56,564 nt of DNA, filler included, from Basidioascus undulatus (GCA_000826855.1; 4 parts of 4 records of this genome joined end to end with filler, not necessarily neighbours in it); one strand, 5' to 3'. Positions 37,002 through 49,640 are shown, numbered from the whole stretch's first letter. Notes: a model not told the origin generated them from the sequence alone. Translations and numbers: made by a program.

Positions 37002-39166
37002 CCGGACAGTCCATCCCAATCCATCCCATTTGAAGCACGCGGCGTCCATGCAAGTTCCCACCCACCCAACCAGCTCCGCCTCTACTGCACCTCCTCGGAC
37101 CACTACCGGTCCTACGCCGGGTCCTCCTCCGCCTCGACCCCCCACCCGATCGAGTTCCCCGCGACGTGCGAGGTCAAGGTGAACGGACAGACGCTGCCTG
37201 CGAACCTGCGCGGGATCAAGAAGCAGCCGGGGACGGCGCCCCCGGCTGATGTGGATGGCGCGGGCAGCTTGCGTTGGGGCATTAGGGACGTTAATCGCGT
37301 GGAGGTTACTTATATGAACGCGCCTAAGGTGCGTGGGCCGTGCTTTGGCTTTTTGATGGGCGGTCGGCGGCTCGTGCTGGTGGAGAGGGAGGAAATGGTG
37401 GTGGGGGATGAGAGCTGATGTGGTGGGAGATGCGGGATGCGGGGACGAGCAGAAGTACTACCTAGTCGTGAACCTCGTCGAGGTCAGCTCGGTCGAGCAG
37501 GCCGTTGAGCGCGCGAAGACGGGAAGGTTCATCGCGAAGGAGGAGGTCGTGCGGTCGCGTGCGTTCCCTCCCCCCCCCCTCTCCGCTCCCGCTCGCCGGG
37601 GAGGTGGCGGAAGGAGGAGAGGAAGGAGAAGTGGGATTGACAACGGGATGGGTGGATGGGGCTGGGGGGAATAGTGCAACAGGATAACGAGGACGACGAT
37701 ATCCAGACGGGCGCGAGCTCGTTGAGTTTGAAATGCCCGGTGCGTCTCCCCTCCTTCTACCCTGCTTCCATCGCAGGAGGAATCCAAGTGCGCGCTGGCG
37801 GCTGACGCTCAGATGCTGGGTGGGCTTGGGTAGCTCTCCTTCATCCGAATACGGATCCCGCTCCGCTCGGTGCACGCATCCTCGATCCAGTGCTTCGACG
37901 CCGAGACGTTCTTCAGCATCAACGAGCAGACGCCGACGTTCTTGGACCCCGTCAGCAACAAGCGCGTGGGGTGGGACGAGCTCGCTGTGGATGGGTGAGT
38001 GGGGGTCCACTTACTGGGGAGGGACAGCGCTCACTGTTTCGAAACACAGCTTTACCTGGGACATCCTCAAGTCCGTGCCCGACTCAGTCGACAGTGTCAT
38101 CGTTGAGCCCGACGGGCAGTGGCACACCGACGACGGCAAGTACGGCTCGCCGGCGTGGCTCGAGGCGCACCAGTCCCAGAAGCAGTCCACCACCGCGTCT
38201 GCGTCCGCGCGGCTGTCGCTGCTCGAGCCCATCAAGGCCGAGGACGGGGAGGCGCCGGCGTCGAACGGGAAGGGCCGCGCGTCAGAGGCGATCGTCCTTG
38301 ACAGCTCGGATGACGAGTCGTCCGCCCCTGCGCCCGCGGCGAGGCCGCGCGCGTCGAACGGGATAGGCCACGGCAGGCCACCGCCGAGGGAGGTCATCGA
38401 CCTCACGCTGTCGAGCGACGACGAGGACTACGCGCCACCGCCTGCGCCTGCGGTGAAGCGCCCGAGGCCGAGCGAGGACGCGGGCGCACAGGCACAGGTC
38501 CCCCCGGAGAAGAGGGCGCGGCTGGACGTAGGACAGGGACAGGCAGGTCCGCAGACCCAGTCCTTCTCTTCCTCTTCCTCCTCCTCCTCTTCCTCTCATC
38601 CCCCTCCCCCACGGACAACGTATGCTGAGCGCCCGCCGTCTTCCCGCACCCCCAACCCCAACCCCGCATCCACAAACGTCTCACCCAAATCGTCCTCGCC
38701 CGTCAATCCTCCCGCTACCGTCCCCCTCCCCTTCGGTCAATACCGCTCCGCCGACACCGGCGCGTCCTCAACAACAACGACCACCACCCCGCCTCGACCT
38801 TCCTCTTCCACCTCCACTACACGCTCCCCGCAGCCCCCCGCGCCCCTGCCCAACCCCTCGTTCCTCCGCCGCTCGTTCCCCACGCACCACGCGCGCCCCC
38901 CACCATCGCAGGCGCAGGCGCTGGGACAGCAATCACAGGCGCCATCCCAGTCTGGCCTGCCGAGCTCATCTACCACCACGGCGGTGGGAACGGGTAGCGG
39001 CAGCGCGAGCAAGGGGGCGTGGCTTGCGGCGCGCGCGGAGGAGCTGGGCGAGCGGAGGACGAGCGCGCCGGGCTCGGGCGCGGGAGGGGGAGGGGGGTTC
39101 GCGGCTTGGCAAGGCGGCGGCGGAGAGTTCGGCTCTGACGCGGCGGGAGGAGGAAGAGATTGGTGA
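37002..39166 (+). CDS. SIZ1: Siz/PIAS-family SUMO E3 ligase (PINIT, SP-RING-like domain, SIMs); 5' exons not found
   Basis: QLRLYCT, PIEFPATCEVKVNG, NLRGIKKQPGTAPPAD, NRVEVTY, KYYLVVNLVE, DDDIQTGASSLSLKCP-LSFIRIRIPLRS..QCFDA..EQTPT, VIVEPDGQW, SIM EVIDLTLSSDDED. Four GT-AG introns keep the frame. Confidence 0.85.
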
Positions 39167-39726
39167 GAGGGGGAGGGGGAGAGGGTCTGTCTTCCGCGTC
39201 TCAACATAGCATCGCATCGCATTTCCATTACACGTTCCTACTTTCTTCTTCTGTCGTGTCGTCCCTTTTCGCTTCTCCCCGCCTCTCCCCATCCGGCGTC
39301 CGACGTTGAGGTCGTCGTCCCTCCCTCACTCCCCCTCCTGATGTTCTGTTGTTGATGTGATTCCACATGTCCACGTTGTGTTTATAGGTAGCTAGATAGC
39401 GCGCTTTTTTGTTCATTCACTCACACACTGCAGTTCTGAACGTGCGCGTCTGACTGTCTGCTTTGTGAGAATGCGGGGGGATGGAAGATGGAAGGAAAGA
39501 AGAGGGAAGCGTTGGAACGGGATCGAGTGGAAAGATGTGTTCTGGATATCGTCGGCGAGTAGCGGTGAGGGAGAGCGTGAGCAGCTGCTCATCTTTGACC
39601 TTCTAGCTTGAACGTTGCCATTGCCATTGATGACTGGATGAAGACTGCAGAGCCAGTTGTGCCTGTAAGAGGACGAAATATGGGGAAGGGAAGACAAGTT
39701 TGATTTTTGAGAAAGGACAGTATAAC

Positions 39727-39809
39727 TCTTTGGTAGTATGGTGGCTAGTATATCCGCTTGTCATTCAAACTGACCGCGGGCGACCCGGGTTCAATTCCCG
39801 GCCAGAGAG
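39727..39809 (+). tRNA. tRNA-Asp (GTC) with an intron of about 11 nt
   Basis: Acceptor TCTTTGG/CCAGAGA plus discriminator G; anticodon stem TCCGC/GCGGG around TT-GTC-A; intron about 39764-39774; T-arm CCGGG-TTCAATT-CCCGG. Confidence 0.9.
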
Positions 39810-40499
39810 CATTCTTCAGACCCATGATGTCTGACATCTGTATTCAGATCTTTTGCTCATCAGGCTTGTCTTTCTCTCTTGGAGACTGAAGCCAGCTTGG
39901 AACTATTGCTTCTATTAGTTCAAAGGCAGCACTATTACCAAGCACTGCTACCCACCAACTTCACCCACAAAATGCAGGCTCTTCTCAAAGCATGCAACTA
40001 CTGGGTGCACTGTGCATGCACCTCTTCACCCTGTGGGCAGGGCAGCCAGGGGTGTTTGGGAGTTGAGCAGCACTAAGGAGGTATCTCTCCCCTGGGGAGG
40101 AGGGGAGGGGGAGGATGGTGCGGAGGGAGGAGGTTAAGCAGTTGGATATTTTTGCTGGTGATGCTGTAGGTGGGAAGGTATGTTGTCAATCCTGCAAGGG
40201 CAAGTTATGAAGGTTACATTTGAACACTCCATTCATGTCAACTCTACAGCCCCAGGCCACAGCAACAGGATTGTCCCTTTTTGTCTCACTGCACAGCACT
40301 GCTCTCATTTCACCCACCAAAACACATCAATGGTTCCCAACTCTCCCATTGCATTTGGGCACCTCCCCAGCCCAGTTATCTCATCTTCACCTCTGTCCTT
40401 TCATCACTTACCTCATTGCCATTGTTTCCTTCTGTTCCCCTATGCAGTCTGAACTCTGTGTTCTCATATGTTTTTATGGACTGGTCTGGTAGTCTGGCC

Positions 40500-42310
40500 A
40501 AATAGACCTGTATCTGGGAAAATGGATGCAAGTCTGGGAAAATAAACATGTGGCTGTGAAATTGGACATGTCTCTGGAAACACAGACAAGTTGTGTCTGG
40601 CAGGATAGGCATGTGTCTGCCAATATAGACATGTATCTGAAATTGCTGTGTGAGTATGCAGTTTGGTCTGGTCTGAAGGTCTGGCAGGATGACCACCAGC
40701 TGGATCACAACCACCAGCCTCTCTGTCAGAATGACAACCAGCAGTGGTTCTGTCAGAATGACAACCAGCAACAGTTCTGTCAGAATGACAACAATCAGCT
40801 GTTTGTAAATCTAGATAAGGTACATCTAACAGGATAGACTTGTACCTGTAAATCTAGACAAGTGTCTGCCAAAATAGGCATGTGTCTGAACTCACAGACA
40901 GGGTGCATTTGCCTGCCTGGATAGACACATGTCTGTGTGGATAGACATGTGCCTGCAAGAGATGTGTCTGGGAAAATAGACATGTATCTGGTGAAATAGA
41001 TGTGTCAATTACAGACAGGCTGTGTCTGTCCAGATAGACATGTGTCTATGCATGTGTCTGGGGAAATAGACATGTGTCTGGAGAAATATACATGCATCTG
41101 AAATTGCAGACAGGCTGCCAAGATAGACATGTGTCTGTTTGTTAGACATGCATTGGCAGAAATAGACATGTGTCTGGAAAAAGAGATGAGTGTCTGATAT
41201 TCCAAACAGAGTTTCAATCTGCAATCCAGAATATGGAATACAGAGTTTCTTCTCTGCCAGGAGAAGTTTCTTCTGCAGCAGGACAAATTGTCATGAAGAA
41301 GGTGAGTTTCTTCTGGAGTGAGGAAGTTTCTCCTTGGCTGGGAGAATTCCTCCTGTGGTGGGAGAGTTGTTTATGTGCCAGGAAAATCCCACCTGCAATG
41401 GGAGAGTGTCTTCTGCAGAAGGAGAATTCCTCCTGTGACTGTGGAGTCCGTGTGGGAGAGTTTGTCCTGGGGCTGGGGAATTTCCTGTGCCAGGGGTATT
41501 CTACTTATGGTGTGTTGGATGAGATGATTGATGGCCTCCTGCCATGTGAGAGAACATTTTGGATGGCCTCTGACATGTGGATGGCATCTAACATGTTGGA
41601 CAGCATGTTGAATGAATGTTAGACCACATGCTGTTGAACATGGCAGGAAGTTGTCCAACATGCCACCCTATACATCATCCAACATGTCAGGAAGATGACC
41701 CAAATGTTGTCCAACATGTCAGATGCTTGTCCAATGTGTTATCCAACATTGGGTCCAACACATCATCCAACATGTCATCTAACTTGTTGTCCAACATTGG
41801 GTCCAACATGACAGGGAGGTGTCCAACATGTTGTCCAACATGTCAGAGGGGCATCCAACATTCAGGCAATCATCCAACATGTCAGACAGTCATCCAACAT
41901 GTCATCTAACATGTCAGAGAGTTGTCCAACATGTTGTCCAACATGTCAGAGATTGGTCCAACATGTTGTCCACATTGGTCCAACATGTCCAAGGGGTGTC
42001 CAACATTGTGCACAACATGTAAAGGGAAGATCCGACATTCCATCCAGCATGTTAGGTGGGTGTTCAACATCACATCCAACATGTCAGAAAGCCCTGTAAC
42101 AGTGTGTCCAACATGTCAGCTGGCCGTCCAACATGTCAAGAGGACATTCAACATGTGTTGTCCAACATTTTGGGCAGCCATCCCACATTGGGTTCAACTT
42201 CTGGTCAACATGTTATGGAGGTGTGCAATATGTCTATCAACATGTCAGGTAAGTCATCCAAAATGTCAGCCAACATGTCACATGTCATCCAACATGTGGT
42301 CCAATGTCAT
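40500..42310. repeat. Degenerate CpG-depleted tandem arrays: TAGACATGTGTCTG-like (about 40500-41200) and TGTCCAACATGT-like (about 41560-42310)
   Basis: Dozens of variant copies are readable directly. There is also a 24-nt unit (TGTCAGAATGACAAC...) three times at about 40720-40800. CpG is almost absent. Confidence 0.85.
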
Positions 42311-42439
42311 GAATACCCCACCCAGTCCAACCCCTGACAACTGTCACCCTTGTCACCTCCCCTGTCACATTCCCGCCCTACCCTGTTGCACTCTCGCCCT
42401 CCCCAGTCACACTCCCACTCTAACACAGCCCTTCTGGTA

Positions 42440-42539
42440 NNNNNNNNNNNNNNNNNNNNNNNNNNNNNNNNNNNNNNNNNNNNTTAATTAATTAANNNNN
42501 NNNNNNNNNNNNNNNNNNNNNNNNNNNNNNNNNNNNNNN
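42440..42539. other. Artificial contig linker
   Basis: N-run with central TTAATTAATTAA. Confidence 0.97.
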
Positions 42540-42700
42540 ACGCGAAATACGAGATGAGTTTCCCCAGAAATTGCGTCTCCGAACCATCGCCCTCTCCTCC
42601 CCTCTCCTCCCCTCTCCTCCCCACATTCCACTCCCTCCCTTTCAGTCTCGTGGCTGTGAGGGTCGGCACGGACTGAAACGGAGTGTGATGGATTCACTAG

Positions 42701-43455
42701 ACTACATGCTGGACGAGATGGAGCGTGCACTGCACGACTCGCTGTGCGTCATCAAGCGGACGCTCGAGAGCGGCTCGGTCGTCCCGGGCGGCGGCGCTGT
42801 CGAAGCGGCGCTCTCAATCTACCTCGAAAACTTTGCCACTACTCTCGTCCGTCCCTCCCCTTCCCCCCCATCCGCCATCCGCCATACCCCTTCACCACCC
42901 CTTCTCCCACTCGAACTAACCTTCTTCTGCTCACTTCGCTCGCACCCAGGGCTCACGCGAGCAACTCGCGATCGCCGAGTTCGCGACCGCGCTCCTCGTG
43001 ATCCCCAAGACGCTGTCCGTCAACGCGGCAAAGGACTCTACGGAGCTCGTGAGCAAGCTGCGCGCGTACCACAACGCGGCGCAATCCGCGCCTACGGGCG
43101 ACCCCAAGAAAGCGCTCCGCAACTATGGCCTTGATCTGCTCAAGGGCGAGGTGCGCGACAACCTCCGCGCGGGCGTGCTCGAGCCTACGATGAGCAAGAT
43201 CAGGAGCCTCAAGAGCGCGCTGGAGGCGGCGACGTCGCTGCTTCGGTGCGTCCTCTCACCTCTACTCCTCCTTCCCTTTCTCCCTTCTCCATTTTGCCGC
43301 TCTTCCCCCTTTCCCTCTTTCCCCACATCTTTTCCCCCTGTTCCCATCCCTGTATCTCTGGTCGCTGACTTGATCGCTTTTCTTGGGAACGCAGTATCGA
43401 CGATGCGATCCGGATGCAGCCCGACCAGCCGGCGGACGACGGGCACGGGCATTAG
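42701..43455 (+). CDS. TCP1: Chaperonin CCT/TRiC subunit alpha, 3' part
   Basis: DYMLDEMERALHDSLCVIKRTLESGSVVPGGGAVEAAL..GSREQLAIAEF..IPKTLSVNAAKDSTELVSKLRAYH..GVLEP..LLRIDD. Confidence 0.95.
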
Positions 43456-44189
43456 TAGGAGTGGGCCGACTTTGGGCGTGGAAAGCAAGAGGTAACGACC
43501 CGAGAGGAGGGGGCAGGCGGGCGGGCGATTAGAATCGGGCCGTGCCATGCTATGCCTTGCTTGTCAGCCGAGGCGGTGCTTTTGTCTGTGTGCGCTGTGG
43601 GGTTGGGCCGGTGGAGACCGGCTGGGTTGAGGGGTTAGGGGATGGTAAGGGCGATGTGTATTGAGTGAAATTGGAGGACCGGTAACAAACCGCAAGGGGA
43701 TTCTGGGTGTGAAACCCAAGGGGTTGATCCAAACAAGGAAAAGGGTGAGGGGCATGGTGAGCCGAGGTGCTTGCGAAGTTTGGTACATTTCCGCCAGTGC
43801 TGATCCTACAGCGAGTCATGAGCAACGTCATGCACGCAAAGGAGAACTGATTTCGCTGATATTGTATGACGAAAGGAGGCTGCTCGATGCGGAGAGCACA
43901 TAGATAGTCACAAGTTGGCAGGAAGGATTTTTTTGGGGGCCCAGCTACGTCGAGCAACAAGCGATCAGAACTGAAGTAACACCACACTCAAGTAAGGGAG
44001 ACAAAAAGCAAGAACCCTTCAGCATTTTCACTGCTCGAGCGCACACATACCAGTCATGCAGGAAATAGCATGCGTTTTCTTCGGCTGAAATAAATGTTTC
44101 AACGCATGAAAACTTCGGACTCGGATCGGCGTCCAACCAAACCACCTCGCCTTTCCACGCCAAGCCAGTCGCTCAAGATGTCGTAACAC

Positions 44190-45300
44190 TCATGCTCCCT
44201 GTTGGCGTACCAATACCTCTCCCTTTCGCCCCAGCTTAAAACATCCCTCCCAGCTTAAAACATCCCCTATCTCCACCAACTTGAGAAACCCGCGCAAGAC
44301 GTAGCCTTTGAGCACCACCAGTCGCTGCAGCGCCGGGAAGCGCTGCTGGTCGATATTAACAACTGCGTCGTGGACGCGGGGGGTCATTTCATCGGCGTTA
44401 TGCATACATACTGTCAGCTCCTGAAGATTGGCATGAGCAGCAGACGGAGTGAAGAGGGTGTTGCCAGGCATGACGAAGGGGAAGCTGAGGCGCTGAAGGC
44501 GCGGGCAGAAGCGGAAAAGCCATGGGCCTGGAAAGCGCTCCGGCGGATGTGTGCCTCTAATCCTCCCGCTCTAGAGGAAAACGAGGTGCTTTATAAGGCT
44601 TCCATTGCAAGCGAGAAATCGGCGAAGTGGTTGATAGATGTTCGGGGCAATGTTCGAGACGTGCATGTCGAGCGAGGTGAGAGACGGCATAGACAAGCTG
44701 CAGAGACGCTCGAGGCTGGCGATACCGTTGGGAATGGCGAAACACACCTCGAAAGTTAGAGACAGCAGCGTTTGGTAAGCGTCGCGGTGCGAGAGCGGGG
44801 TTGAAGCGATCGCGGGGTGGTCCTTCTGCGGCAGGTCGACGGAGAGATGCTTGAGCGACTTCAGCCGAGATCTCGTGGACAACCGTCTTCCTATCCAGCA
44901 CCAGGCCCCATATCTCTTCCAGGCTATCAAAAGGGTCAGAGGGCAAAGACTGCCAGAAATCTTGGCAGAACGTAAGATCGAGGCCGTGAGGGAGGACGAT
45001 GTACTGAAGTGCAGGCAAAGACGAGACTAGCTCAAGCGTGTACTGGTCGCGCTTGGTGATTCGGATATGCTCGTCAGCAGGAATAAAGCGCGGTCAGAGC
45101 TAGACATTGAAGCAGGGCTCCGCGGCGCGCAGGTCGTTCGGCGCTCGACTAGGGTCTCGAGCGTCTTCACCCAGCGGCCGGCGTAAGCCATGGAGCCGCC
45201 TGGTGCGATTGCAGAGCGAAAGTTGACCAGGCGATCGATATCACAGAGGACCACTGTCTCGTAAAGGTGTTCGAGGGCGAGAGGCTGTTTCAACGCCCAC
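44190..45300 (-). pseudogene. F-box/LRR-like pseudogene
   Basis: LYETVVL, GRWVKTLE, PALQYIVL, LKSLKHLSV, MPSLTSLDM, NLQELTV, FPALQRLVV. Frame change near 44880, in-frame TAG at 44571-44573, and a 19-nt tandem duplication at 44230-44267. Confidence 0.55.
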
Positions 45301-46073
45301 TTCGCCCGTCAGCGTATCTGGGGAAGCTGCACCATGCTTTCCGCGGTGCTGAAAGTTGATTCCAGCATGCTCAACAGGAGGCCCTTGCAAATGAACAGCA
45401 ACCTCTTCCTGTCACTGTACAGCTCATGCACCTCCGCGTGGTGCGTGCTGGTGTCCTTCTCGTCGTGCACGTAAACGTGCGGGGGACTGCGATCGAAGCT
45501 GAAAGGGTCGTACGCGGTGGCGCTGGCGAAGTAGAAGATGCGGCGCTAAATATCGTACGGGATGGGAATCATTGCGAGATTTGCGGCGTTTTTTAGGAGG
45601 CGGTGGTGAGGAGAAGTGGTAAAGATGGCGGGCTGTGGTAGTCTGCGCTGGCTGGAGGTAGGCCAGCGGGCACCTTCTTCTGGCAGGTAGCGTGATCCGC
45701 AACCTTCAGCAGGGGAATGCACGGAGTAGCGGGGTCAGCGTCCGTTTTGACAGAACTGGTAACTCGGGTCACCGAAGTAGGTCAGCCTTTATCGTTTTCT
45801 CGGAAATCAAAATAAATCCTCCACGGTGCCCCGTACTGCATTACTTTATGCAGACCACTGGGAATGGCACGTCATGGTGGCTAAACGTGAACATTCAGCA
45901 TTCCTTCTGTCTTCTCGCATTTGCGGTAACACACGTTCCACCCACCCATTAGAAAACAATGATGCTCGAAAATACATGTCAAACGAGCGAGCAGCAACAA
46001 GCCCGTAATGTGGCAATCTAGCCGAATAGTCACGGCAGTTCGTGTTCCTTCGCTCCGGTAAGCTGCACCTTCA

Positions 46074-48510
46074 TCAAGGCGTCCAGCTTACGCAAGTCAT
46101 CCGTTGTGACCGAATCGTCAAGCGCCTGGTCAACGCGGCTTCGAAGCGTCGAGCGGCGCAGTATGGCAAGTATCGGCAAGACGCCGAGATCCGCGACGAG
46201 CTCGTTGCGGGAGCGGGGACAGCTCCCGAGGATTGCGAAGCTATGATGAGGAGGACGACGCTGGCAACGTGGCCCAAGATAGAAGGGAGGGGGCTGATGC
46301 TAAGTCGTGCACGAAGGACAGGGGTTTCAACGACGAGTACGGGGCGAGGACTCCAGCCAAGTGCGCACACAGCTCTAATGTTGCCGAAACTCGAACAGGT
46401 CAGCGAAATTGTCTTCGCAGATCGAGAGCAGAAGACACCCACGGGTCGACGTCCGTATATCTGAAGTACTCTCCCAGGGCCAGAAATATGACCGGGCTGG
46501 CCTGAGTAAGCGAAAACTCGAGTTAAAAATGGTCGGGTTGCTGCGCAAGCAGCTGCCCCATCGGCCTCGCCTGAGCAGCGGACTAGCTGTCTTTGGCATC
46601 TGCACGAGGGCAGCATTTGAGCCAATGGCGCTCATGAAGGTGTTCCAAGAATCCTCGTTGGGCACGCCACGAGATGGTAGCGGCCGACGCACTGCCCAGG
46701 CATGTGGGCTGGGCCGGGGTCCGCCGTTGTCAGTACCATCGAGGGAATGGCTCAAACCATTGATGGTAACATTGATCGGCACGGCCGTTAAAGAGAACTG
46801 AGCGTATTAAGACTTGAGACTCTCGAAGTCTCCGACGAAGGGCTGGCCGATGCCGCCGATCGAATTGTGAAGGAAGAGGAACGAGTTGAGGGACAGTGCG
46901 ACGGCGACAATGTTCCGCGATGAAACGGCCATCTCGGGCTCAAGATCATGCAGGAGGCCGAAACTATGGCGAGATCCTAAATGTGAACCATACCCTCATT
47001 TCGGTCAGTTTCAAGTGGAACGCACGCAGCTCCGTACTCGGCGCAGTGGATGATGGAGGAACGAGCGCAGAGAGGCCTGCTAACGGCAACAAATCAGCGT
47101 TGCGACGATACCTTCAGAAATGACGGGTATACACCGAAATCACGATTACCGACCGTCGCGCTGGCGGTGACGTTGACTCCAACGTGGGGGAGCGGTGTGG
47201 AAGCGAGAGTGAAGTTCGCTATCGGAAGCTCGCCGCACTCGATACGGCATACCTTCCCAGGCACGATGACGGTGGAGGTTGTGCTGAGCGGCGACTCCAG
47301 AGTATCATAAAACGTCCTGAAAGATCGAGGACGAAGTTTTCAGTCTTTGTCTTCTTCAAAGAAGGTAAAAGGCGCACGTCGTCCCATAATCACTCATGCG
47401 GATCTCGGCTACGGATGGTAGGATCTGATAAGCGCCCATGTACATGGCAGCGCCAAGTAATAAAAGCGGAAGTATCAAGTCTTATCCCCTAGAACGGACT
47501 TGAGTCTCACTGGCCGCTCACACTTGCTGTTCGGGAATACGGAGATGATGAAGCCAGTTTGCCAGTCTTCTAGCTTTCAGAACCACGTCACTTCAGAGCC
47601 GGTCAACCTACACTCGGTCCCACCTGTATACCAAGGTCAGCAATCCGAAGAGGTAGAGTTCTGTCGAGATTGACGTACGAGATCGGCGTTTTAAGATTTT
47701 CGTGACGGCCGTGGTAATCGAGCGGGTGGTGGCTTGGGTTGAGACGGTCTCGTTGAAGCCGACGAAAGTGAACAAAGATCCAAATGCCCTACTGCTCATA
47801 GGGTGAGAAGTGGCTCCTAGGTCCGTCGCAGGCTCAAAGGTTCAGTTGACGGTCGCCGCATAAAGAAAATAAAGAGCCACGCCGGCAAGAGGGGCGAGCG
47901 GAGCCGCGCGACGAGCCAAGTTGGTCCATACACTCATGAACGCAGCGCCGGGGCGTACCTGATAAGGTATGATCCGATAGCTCTGCCAAAAGGCAACAGC
48001 GAACGCACTGGAACTCAGCAGGCGGACGTCTTGTCGTGCAGCGCTGTGAGCGACTGCTTGGGCGCGTGGAACGCGCCGTCAATTCATGGTCTGCAGAGAC
48101 ACGTCGGTTCCAGGACCTCATTCTTAAGCTCATGCAAAAAGACAGGGAGCAGAGTTACAGTGTTCGCCAGGGTTCTCGAGATAAGACTAGGTGTCGAGTT
48201 TAGATTCCACGCCTGTGCTGCTGCAACGAGAACCCGCCAACTCACACGCTGGAAATGAAAATGAGCAAGGCCGTGCCGATCGAAAGTGGCTTAACAATGA
48301 TAATGATGGTGTGATAGAGGTAGAAGAAGCAGAGAATCTCGACGCAGATGAGTAGGATGTGGAGTCCGATGCAGAGGCGGTAGCGGAAGTGGCGTCGGTG
48401 AAGAGGGTCGGAGCGGTCCGAGTAAGCGCGGGTGCACCGCTCGACTGGGTTGGGACAGGCTGATAAGGGAGCTTGGTCTTGGAAGACTCAGAATCGTCGA
48501 GCTTGTCCAT
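46074..48510 (-). pseudogene. Possible decayed gene of unknown function (Ser/Thr-rich N-terminus, hydrophobic segments)
   Basis: MDKLDDSESS.. follows a plausible leader. A later frame, LAGVALYFLYAATVN*TFEP..YRWDRV*, is interrupted by stops. No family recognised. Confidence 0.25.
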
Positions 48511-48767
48511 GATCCCGTTCGAAAGTGAGTGTCGAGTGGCTTCGACAGCCAGGATCGAGTGGTGAGAGGTGAGGAGCGAGGGGCAGCGAGGTGATATCCG
48601 CGTGCGATGTGAGCTGAACCTGGTCTAGTACCCTTCATAGACTATTCCAGAATATGCGGAGCCAAGTCAATTGCTCGTCAAGGGGAAGGGGCATGCCCGG
48701 GCCAGAGCGGTGTCGGAAGCAGGGCACTGAACGAGTTGCAGGCTTGGCCAGGCACGTCCCGGTCGGC

Positions 48768-48809
48768 GGTTGTTGCGAATGGTCTACAGGTTGTTGCGAA
48801 TGGTCTACA
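48768..48809. repeat. Perfect 21-nt tandem duplication
   Basis: GGTTGTTGCGAATGGTCTACA x2. Confidence 0.85.
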
Positions 48810-49640
48810 GGTCGTTTTTGTCGATATTCTCTGCGTATCGAGTGGGAAAGTCAGAGACTATAGGTGCGTTCAGCATTTAATTGATTGACGCCAACCGTGC
48901 TTCGCTAATTCCAGGTAGTGCGTGGGTGTGCGCAGGGGTTTCCGAAAATAGTGCAATAACTAGGGTCAATAGTCACGGAGAATGTCCCATAGTGGGTGGA
49001 CTTGAAATTTTAGAAGAAAATACTTCCCGAATGAATGCAGCCACGCCGACTAGCCCCTGTCCTTGCAGCCCCTCCTTCAAAACTATTTGATGCGGCTATA
49101 TCAGTTTCGCTAAACTTATTGTTCTGGAAGAATGTTGAAGAGTGGCAAACAAGAGAGATCTAGCAGATCTGGCTGGCCTCAAAAGCTCCCTCCAGAATGT
49201 AAGGAAGTAGTGGAGTGAACAAGCTGTCGGCCTCGGACAGACATTGATAGCGATTCTATAAACACCATTTTATTGGGTCCCATTTGCGCGAAGCACATTT
49301 GTGGGACTTTTCCGCCGTACGCTGCCAGACATGCGCGCCGAAAAACTGGATCCTGCGAGTAACTCCGAGCTGGCGAGCGAACGTGATGTGAGTAACGAGT
49401 AAAGGTGCTGCAGTATTCAGTCAGGCAATATAGACAATGGCTCAGAGGCTTTGAGAGGTGCCCATGATTGATTCGTGGAGGAAGATTGTCCACCGCACGA
49501 AATGAATCTGTCTAACTGGTAATTCATGCTTTCAGGCAGTTGCACTTCCTTGACAGGCCACACATCTGCCCTTGCCCCTTTCCATTTCCCACAAACCAAC
49601 GCCAAATTTCAAACAGAGACGGCACACCGATGCCAACACC

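Noticed and set aside
41560..42310. Cys/His-rich ORFs (CPTCC, VQHV repeats) resembling metallothioneins, and a CRISPR-like periodicity
   Set aside because: These are translations of a TG/CA-rich degenerate tandem repeat. There are no constant repeats with unique spacers, and the context is eukaryotic.
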